Assembly (NCBI RefSeq): GCF_001194135.2
Contig: NC_068987.1
Location: forward strand, 61,236,378-61,297,422
From: Octopus bimaculoides
Taxonomy: Eukaryota
Direction: 5' to 3'
DNA: 61,045 nucleotides
Below, in pieces: positions 51,840 to 61,045 of this stretch (its first letter is position 1; every line of letters begins with the position of its first letter). The translations under genes were made by a program, and so were the position numbers. The notes beneath the pieces were generated by a model, which worked only from the letters and a program-made list of their open reading frames with translations, was not told the origin of the DNA and made no database searches.

Positions 51840-54800
51840 ATATATTGTGATGGTCAAATTAAGTGGGACTTTACTCTGTGTGTGTGTGTATGAGTATATG
51901 TACGCATGCATGCTTGCTTAGTGCTATAATTGTGTTAGCATTAGTGCTTAGCAGTTGCACTAAGAATTGCCATTTCCGGTCAGATATGATTCCCAATCAC
52001 TCATGTTACTGTATTTCTATGTAGAGAAGGTTCCAATTTGTAGGTGTGATGTAGGATGTAACAAATAACAGTTCATTGGTGTGGAAGATATTGTTACAAT
52101 ATTATACTGATTGAGGACAGAAGTGTTAACAATTTGAAAGAAAACCAATGAAGTAGCTTCGTACAGAGTTTACAGAAGTGGATTTACACAGGAATGTATT
52201 TGAAAACTTCTTCAGATAATGTTCAAGTGGTAGTTAGGAGGCATGTTCTATAGGTTAAGAGGTCAGTCATTAATTTCTAATTAATGATGATGAAAATGGT
52301 GATAATAATGGCAAAGAAAGTGGAAGAATAATAGTGGTGAATAGAGGCATATTAGGATGTCTGTTGAATCTTATTCTCCTTCGCATCTCAAGTGCTATAA
52401 TTTAATTCTCACCAAAGCCTTAAATCATCCAAAACCAGAAACAATGGACTTGCAAACATCTTGGATAAGGTCAATCAATAGATTGATTTTCTAATATAAG
52501 AGTCATGGTGCTAATCAGAACCAAGAAACACTGAAATAATTTTAATAATAAGTTATGCTTTCGGTAAATTTCAAGTCCCACTAACATGTGGGCAAATGTA
52601 AAAGGTTATATCATTAAATGTGCTGACAGTTGTGACATTATAACAGAATAAAATAACAATTCATATTTAGAGAAATATTTGATCTGGTTACTTAACATAC
52701 TCAATAGTGCACCCTTTAACAATCAACCAATCATCTTTTACACAGAGATAATATGTTACAAGTCTACATCACTGGGATGATATACCCAATGATTAACAAT
52801 TAATCCACCAGGAGAGCCCTTATGTATTCTATAAATTTATATACATATATGCACACACACAAGCATATAAAAAAACACAAATACATGCATACATGTGTAC
52901 ACATACACACACACACACGTGTGTATATATATAAATGAGGGTTCAAGATAGCACCTGGAACTGCTACAAATGAGAGCTGAAATTTAACTTGAACAGCCAC
53001 ACAAAAGCACTAACCACATAAAATATTCGGGACTGCAAGCAGCAAACCACATCTTTCTTTGGCGAGAACTCACAGAATGGAGTAGTTTGATAAACCTTAT
53101 CACGTGCTTTCAAAATTTGATCATTATGATCTCCTTTCTAATCAGAGGTTTCCACAATTACTCCAGGTTAAAGAGAAAGCCTGCTCCCATTAGTTCAAGA
53201 GATAAAAACCGTTGAAAAGCGAGTGCTAAAATTCAAATTGGTTAAAGTGTATAGTAAATATAATAAGATTTTCTAATAATATATCAATAAATCAAGATAT
53301 ACTAAATACATTATAATATAAGTCACCATAGCAATTAAAACCAAAAAGGTAAAATTAATAAATGAGGGTGCAAGATCATATTGATCAAAGATCATATCGA
53401 TCATATTTCAAAATCACATTAATTTTATATAAATATATATATGAAATAAGTGATGCTTTCAGTAAATTTCAAATCCCTTGTCTGTGAATACATATATTGA
53501 CAAATGTGTCATTTCCTTTTTTTCTTTTTTTTTAAATTGTAGGATGTGACTTGAGGGAAATTCAGTTGCTATAACTAGCAGATTAATTGACTACACAGAG
53601 ACTCCCTCATTGGCTATTGTTATTGATATTCATGTTTAAGATCGTTGTGATGGTATTATTGTTGTTCCTATTTAGGACCATGTCTAACCTGAACAAGCAA
53701 ACCTCTACTCAAAGTCATCCTAGCTGCAATCAATCTGTCTCTTTTTCCAATAACCTCTACAGCATTATTCAATATATGTTGCCTTTATTTATTTATTTTT
53801 TTTACCAGTGTACAATGTGTATGATTTGGCTGTTATTTCTATCTTGTTAAGCAATAACACAGATGTTACTCAACAGCTCATTGGTTGGAAATTAATCGTT
53901 CTCAGGAGGAGACACTGTCAAGACTCAAACTATCAGTCATCATCAGCATTATTTTAACATGACTATTGCCATGTTCACAACAAACCTCATGTGGAATTTG
54001 TTGAAGCAAAGTTTTCTGTAACTGGATGTCCTTCCTGTCACCAAACCCCATCTGTTTCCAAGTATGGTATTATTCCCCCAAGGCTGGAAATGTTTTTGCA
54101 AAAGAGTAGAAATGAAAGACACTGCTTGCATGATGGGGAGACTCATTTACAACGTTTTGTGAATATCAAGGAAAGAAAGAAGTCACAGAACCCATCACAC
54201 AAAACCCATCGCACACACACACACACACACACACACATACATATGTTCACACATACACATTCACACACACAATGTTTACACACACACACACATGTACACA
54301 CACACATAAGCACATACAAGCACACACACACATCCAGCAGGCTTTATTCGATTTCCATCTACCAAATCCTCTTACAACGCTTTGGTCAGTCCAAGCCTAT
54401 AGTAGAAGAGACTTGCCCAAGGTGTCGCACAGTGGGCCTGAACCCAAAACCACACTTTTGGAAAGCAAACTTCTAAGCCATACAACCATGCCAGCACCTA
54501 TCCATGCCAGCGCTTATATACATATTGGAAATATTTCATCAAACACATGGAAATTGAAAGACAAAGTTAGCCTAGCCAAAATTTGAACACAGAACATAAT
54601 TATGAAACTTAGTTCTGTAACTCATTTATTTAGGTAAATAAATGTAACTAAATTCTTACCTAAACAATGCCCAATATACTTAACAGATTTTTTTTTTTTT
54701 TTTTTTTGACAAAGCCAGCAGAAAGGGAAAACAGATTAGTAGTAACAACACATTGAAAAGTTTCTCATAGACTGCATATTATTAGTGATGATAAATGTAT

Positions 54801-57800
54801 CTGTACAAAATGAAAACTAACAGCAAACAATCCTCTAGTCTACTGAGGTTCATCAAATAGGCCATGCAAAATTCATCAAGTCATCAACTACACTGAAATC
54901 ACCAGCATTTTTGAGAGAAAATACCAGACACTAAACAAATAGTTACAATGCTTAAAGTTAGTATTCCTTCTTCAAACAGGAATGTAAATATTAACATTAA
55001 CCATATGCCCAAAATCAATGTCATCTGTTCAAGTTACCATTGTCTAAGAAGTTAAAGTTTTCAAAAGGTATGTAGAAGTCTTTTACGGGTTTTTTTTTTT
55101 TTGTTTTTGTTTTAACCTAGAGAGATAATAGAAGATTCCAATCACTCACTGCATCTCAGTGCACCACATCTACTGAATATCAGTCTAATGGAATTCTTTC
55201 TAGCTCTCCCTCCTTCTTTGTCTATGTTTTTTTTTGGGGGGGGGGGTTTCCTGCAGTCGCTCTCTAGAAAAATATCAAGTGCATCAATTTCAATATTTCA
55301 CCAGTCACAAAGGACTGCCGATGGCCCTGTGTACCGATCCTTCCTGTGTACTGACCCTTCAAACTATTTCAAAAAGGAAAAAAAAATTGTGGCACTAATG
55401 TAAATAGAGCTAATGCATTGTGTGTGTATATGTGTGTGGTTGTATGTGTAATACATGTGTGCGTGTGTCTGAGTAAGCATGTATGTATACATACACATAC
55501 ATAAATATATATGCATTTATATAAAAGCATACATGCATATATGTGGGTTGTGTGTGAGTGTATAGTTTAAAGTCACATCTATACATGATGTGCAGAGCTC
55601 TCATAAACCATTCTTTTACACTTGGTTTTCTTAACGACCTCCAAACTACAAAGCATGCTACCCTGCCAAAGGCCTTCACTAGGATAATTAATCCAAAGAG
55701 TAGAGATAATCTCTTTAACATGGATTTATCCACATTTTTTTTTATATACACTTGCTTTCTGAGTACTATTCAGTTTTTATCATAAAACAACAAAACACAC
55801 ACACACACATATACATACATATTATAGGCATACATGTGGCAGTTTGTAAGAGGTTTCCTTCTTAACCACATAGTTCCAGGTTCAGTCTCACTGTGTAGCA
55901 CCTTGGGCAAGTGTCTTCTACTATAGCCACAGGCCAACCAAAGCCTTGTGAGTGGATTTGGTAGACAAAATGAAAGAAGTCTATTGCGTATATGTGTGTC
56001 CTTTTGTCTGTGTTTGTCCCCCACCGGCATTGGTGTGTTTACACCCCTGTAACTTAGCAGTTCAGCAAAAGAGAACGATGGAATAAGTACTGGCTGTATT
56101 TTAGCCCAGAATTTTTTCTAATGCTACTGTATATAACATATTTTCAATTTGATGTATAACAATGGCCCATGATAGCAGTATAGAGTTGTTTCCAGATGCT
56201 TTAGAGTTTTCTATATTGCATGATCAGAGATTTAAATACAATATCCAGAAGTGACTGAAAAATAACTGGAATTGCAAATATATTAATGACACATATTGGA
56301 CTATAATAATTCTTGCTTCAAACAGACGGAAATAGAATTTTGAAAAATTAACATGGGACACCTTCAAACTAAGATTTATTAATGTTATTATTCAACAAAT
56401 GAATCATAAAAATTTTCACTTTAAAATTAACCCTTCATCATATTAAACATAGAACAAATGACATTGGTTTCTCAAAAAATCTTTGAATACAGAGTATCAA
56501 TGTTACTGAACATCAGAACAGCTAATAAACAGAAGTTGCATTCCTCATCAATACTTCCTCCTACCTGCTGACTTTCATTTTTTCTTGACTGCATCTGAGG
56601 AAATGACTTGCAACATTGAGGAGTGAGGGTCGCGTCCCTTGTCAATGAATCACCAGCCAATGGCTCGTCACAAAACACATTCTATGATGTGAAGGCATCA
56701 ATGTAATCAGACTGATACTCATAAAGTGCAGAGTAGGATGATAAACGTGGATGAACACATGGTGATTGGTATGACGAAAATATTAGAAATGGTAAGGTAA
56801 CTGGAGAATGGAAACACCAAAGATTATGCAGAATTATCCTTAGATAAGTTCAGGTATCATTGATTATTCTTACCAATTATCACATTTTTCATGTAGCCTC
56901 TTTGATGAGAGAAAAAATATCCGATAGATAGAAATCTATTTACATAGTCAGAGACATAAATCTGATCAGATTAGTAAAGCATTTTGTTTTACTGAGCCAA
57001 ATGAATCTAGTATTATGTGTAAGTATATTAAAAGTATTGCTACCTGATTCTGTTCATAGTAAGAAAAGATATCAAATTACTAGCTAACTTTTCACCCTTA
57101 CAAAGAAAAGAAAAAGTAACAAAACAATGAGCAACATTAGAAACCTATGGAAATGAAGGTGAGCTTCTAAATCCATAGAAAAGATGTTCAAAAGAAAAAA
57201 AAAACAATGGAATTCAAGTATTTTCTTCATTGAAGCAATAACTATTTTATGTCCTTTGAGAATTAGACAATTTATATTCAACTGGAAAATATAATAAATA
57301 AAACATCAGGTCTTAAGACGATTAACCAAGTATAGAAATATTATCTGACCCATGAAAATACGAGAAAAAAAATTAAATATTAAACCTGAGAACTAATGTC
57401 ATTAATACTAAGAACATAATCCAAGCAATTACAAAAGATTACAGCAAGAATTACTGAAATACAACATAAAATTGCAGACATTTTCTGGTATTAAGTGAAG
57501 TGGTCTGTTAAATGTGATATATATTTAGAGATCAGTTCTGGTGATATGAAATTCTAAAGATAACAGAAGATGGAAAACACATACATACAGGACTATAATT
57601 AATTAATGAATTTCCATTAGAGATATAATTGGATGCAACTATAATATGTATGATTATGTTTGATATTTCTAGATTACAGTTCATTTTTATTTAAAATTGG
57701 TTGAAAGCCAATTAGTATATTTCCCCTTTAATTGAGTAGTGTTACATTATTGATTCACAGAAATTACAGAAGAAGACAACTTTTCTTAATTTCTACCAAG

Positions 57801-58275
57801 AACTTGAATAATAGAAGATTAAAGGAAATCAAAATAGGAGACACCAATGTACCAAAACTAACAATGTTTACCAATCATAACTGCCCACAATTTATATTTA
57901 ACTACATTAAAGCCATACCTGGAAAAAGTTTGCTTTTACAAAATATTTCAAAAATTCTTCAACAAAATGATATCCGAAAACATCTAATTTATAATTAACA
58001 ACTGTATGAACAAAAATGATGTCTGAATATATGATACATGAACAATTGTCAAACAACTAAAAATATCAAATGGAGTAAAGCAGAGAATAATAACATAATT
58101 TTGTCTTTCAGAATAGCTTCGAGACAAGCAACTTAACAAAACTATGAAAACAAACAATTAAACATTAACTACTGCCATATGAAATTCTATACCAAATACA
58201 TATGAGAGAAATATATTTTACTAATAAATCAATTTCTTTAAAAATATGCACAGTCAACAACAAATATCTATTTAC

Positions 58276-58369
58276 CCCAACTCCAGGCCGGTTTCCAAAA
58301 TACACTGACTCCAACGTGGAATGTTCAGGCCCTTTTGCAGCCCAAGCTGATTTTGGAGGACGAGGTAAA
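58276..58369 (-). CDS. FAM135: FAM135-like internal exon (phase 2 to 0): LPRPPKSAWAAKGPEHSTLESVYFGNRPGVG
   Basis: Acceptor ttttatctttcag, donor GGG|gtaaat, 94 nt. Resembles the FPRP...PTLESVVFG segment of vertebrate FAM135A as I recall it. Confidence 0.9.
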
Positions 58370-58391
58370 CTGAAAGATAAAACACACCAAA

Positions 58392-58451
<60 letters not shown>

Positions 58452-59187
58452 CATTCATATACACTCAACAGATTAGACTGTTGGAAAAGAAAAGAATCCT
58501 AACATCTGGCTACAACAAGTAGCCTTAGATGCCAAGAACCCTCCTAAGTATCCTAGATGTCCCTAATAACACTGTTTTCTGCAGCTGTACTAAACTGGGT
58601 TTTATGCCTATTTCTTCTCTCCATCTGTTCAGATCTTTAGGGATAGTTCCCACATTATTTATTAATCATTATTATTATTATTAAGGTGGTGGGCTGACAG
58701 AAGCATTAGTACTCTGGACAAAATGCTTAGCGCCATTTCTTCCAACTTCACTTTCTTAGTTTAAATGCCACCAAGGCAAGATTTGAACTAAGAATGTAAA
58801 TAGCTGGACTGGAATAAATACCACAAAGCATTTTATCTGATTTTGCCAATTCACCATCACCAACAACAGTTGAAGGTGGCAATAGCAGGAACACCACTAC
58901 TACCACCACCACCACCATCATCATTTTAAATCTGCCTTCCACAGTGGTATGGGTTGAACAATTCAACATACCCTAACATATTGTTTGGCCACATCAAGCA
59001 CCAACATGTCAATTTTGGTGTCATCTCTAAGGTTGAATGCCCTTTTCAAGCCAGTCCCTTTACAGAGTGTACTGGGTGCTTTTTTCATGGCACCAGCACT
59101 AGTGAGGCCATCATGTGGTTCACAACATTAAGATCCCTTTCAACTGAACAGGACTGCAGTACAGAGGGAAGCAACTTCATGCTAGAT

Positions 59188-59522
59188 CAGTGGCTCCTGA
59201 GGATCCATATAAGATTTCTGGGAGTCCATGCAACAAATAGTAAATTAGGGATTCACAATAGTATTTTAAGGATCCCTAAAAACTTTTGCCTTAGCTGTAT
59301 GTATTGGTATATATTGCAAGAAACAGCTAGGGTTTTTTTTTAACATTTTACATAGTTCAACATACACAAGTTAATGTGTGATAAACAAAACAAATAGGAA
59401 TTTTGAAAGACATTTCTATTAATATAAAAGTTTTTAAACATTGACTGACTGGGGTGGGGTGCACCAGAATGAAATAGTAATCAAAGGGGTCCATAGATAA
59501 AAAAAATGGTTGAGAACCCCTG
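59188..59522. mobile_element. hAT (Charlie-like) MITE
   Basis: Perfect 8-bp TSD TGCTAGAT at 59180-59187 and 59523-59530. Ends are cagtggct and ggttgagaacccctg. Confidence 0.85.
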
Positions 59523-61045
59523 TGCTAGATGATGAGAGGTTAAAGTTATGAAAGGTGCTGGAAAAGAATTTTGTATTGAGGAGATGCATAGCTATTTGCA
59601 TTGTACAGGAGTGGATGAAAGTAATCAGGGTAGAGCTCAGAAGGGAGATTAAGGCGGCAACTGCAATGTGTTAAGTGGGCCCTGGGGACAGAAGAACAAG
59701 AAGGGTGAGCAGGTAGAGGTAGCAAGAGTATGTGAAGAGAGTGAAGAATGGTTAATAATGAGATATATCAAATAATCACGTGTTAACAAGCAAAATACAA
59801 ATAAGGAATTAAAGTTTACAGAAATTGAAAGTAGAATTAAATGTTGGTAAAAATCATAACTGTATTTGCTTTTTTTTTATTCAGTAGATATGAATCTGCT
59901 ATTATATTTCATCAGTAGAGGTGAAATCTTCCATAATAATGAATATCAATATGTCACATTATTAAATTACTGATTCTTAAACAAGCTATTTGATAACTGA
60001 CAGGTTATAAGTACATTGTGTTTCGAAGAATGGAAGTTGATTAATTGATTAAAGACAGACAATCAATCAGGCAGTTTCATTAAATATGTTTGTTTCTTCC
60101 AATATATGATGTCAAACTGTTATTAGTTTATGAAACCTAAATCTGAATAGATTATCATTGAATTTGATGAATTAACAAAACAATCAAACTCCATAACAAT
60201 AGCTTCATATAAACTTTCCATTAATAATTCAGGTTGAACAGTATTGAGAACTTATAATTTTGACATTTGCAAGAGTTGTTGTTATTTAACCAGCACTAAT
60301 GAAGCAGATTTATCATCAAAGATCCTCCACCTGTGACCATCCTGTCATTTTGTATACAACTGATTATAATATCTAATGTATCCTTCTTTATTTAAGATAG
60401 TAGAGTATGATTTGAAGATTTGGTTGGTGTTTCTAGCAAGTCAAGTGACTACAAGTGACTCATCATTCTTTCAGTGAATAAGCTAAGGGTATAAGTTAAC
60501 CATCATGACCATATATGCGTGTCTGTGGAGTGCTCAGCCACTTGCACGTTGATTTCATGAGTAGGCTGTTTCATCAATTGGATCAACTAGAACACTCAAC
60601 ATATCATTATCATGATTTAACATCCATCTTCCATGCTGGTATGGGTTGGACAGTTTGATAGGAACTAGTAAGCCAGAGGACTGTACCAAGCTCCACTGTC
60701 TGCAATGACATAGTTTTTAAAGCTGGATGGCCATCCTAATTCCAGCCACTTTACAGAGCAGACTGAGTGCTTTTTATGTGGCACCAGCACCAGTCAGGTC
60801 TCAATGTAGCTTGCAAGATAAGGATCCCTCAACTGACGGGCAAAGTGGTATTGGGGGTAGGCTTTGTGTCACATGATGTGAGGTTAGAGTATGACAGAGG
60901 GCCAGAAACAGGTGTCATAGTAGAAGACATTTGCCCAAGGTGCCATGACGTGGACTGAGTCCAGAACCATGTGGTTGGGAAGCAAGCTTCTTACCACACA
61001 GCCATGCCTGCACCTATTTTATATACATATATATATATATATATA

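Noticed and set aside
56472-56678. 68-aa minus-strand ORF of normal composition
   Set aside because: No compatible splice sites, no recognisable homology, and the exon chain 58276 to 39909 is complete without it.

Overview
AT-rich, microsatellite-dense eukaryotic genomic DNA with six N-gaps. The SINE, RTE-LINE and MITE families look like those of Octopus (my recognition, not a database result). The whole window lies inside one minus-strand gene, a FAM135A/B-like protein. I trace seven coding exons with GT-AG boundaries and consistent phases (58369-58276, 39909-39765, 38777-38728, 32532-32377, 28580-28417, 26567-26106, 4135-3004). Phase arithmetic requires one more exon between 32377 and 28580, probably hidden in a gap. 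The 5' exons and the C-terminal lipase-like domain lie outside the window. The rest is intron filled with RTE fragments, two tRNA-headed SINE families, RTE-tail elements, and mariner, hAT and piggyBac-type MITEs. I found no convincing new biological system. The best leads are candidate frame-preserving microexons, possible truncating exons, a repeat in the FAM135 linker, several hairpins or inverted repeat pairs that could be ADAR substrates, and a PHD-like finger inside the RTE ORF. Repeat boundaries are approximate unless a TSD is stated.
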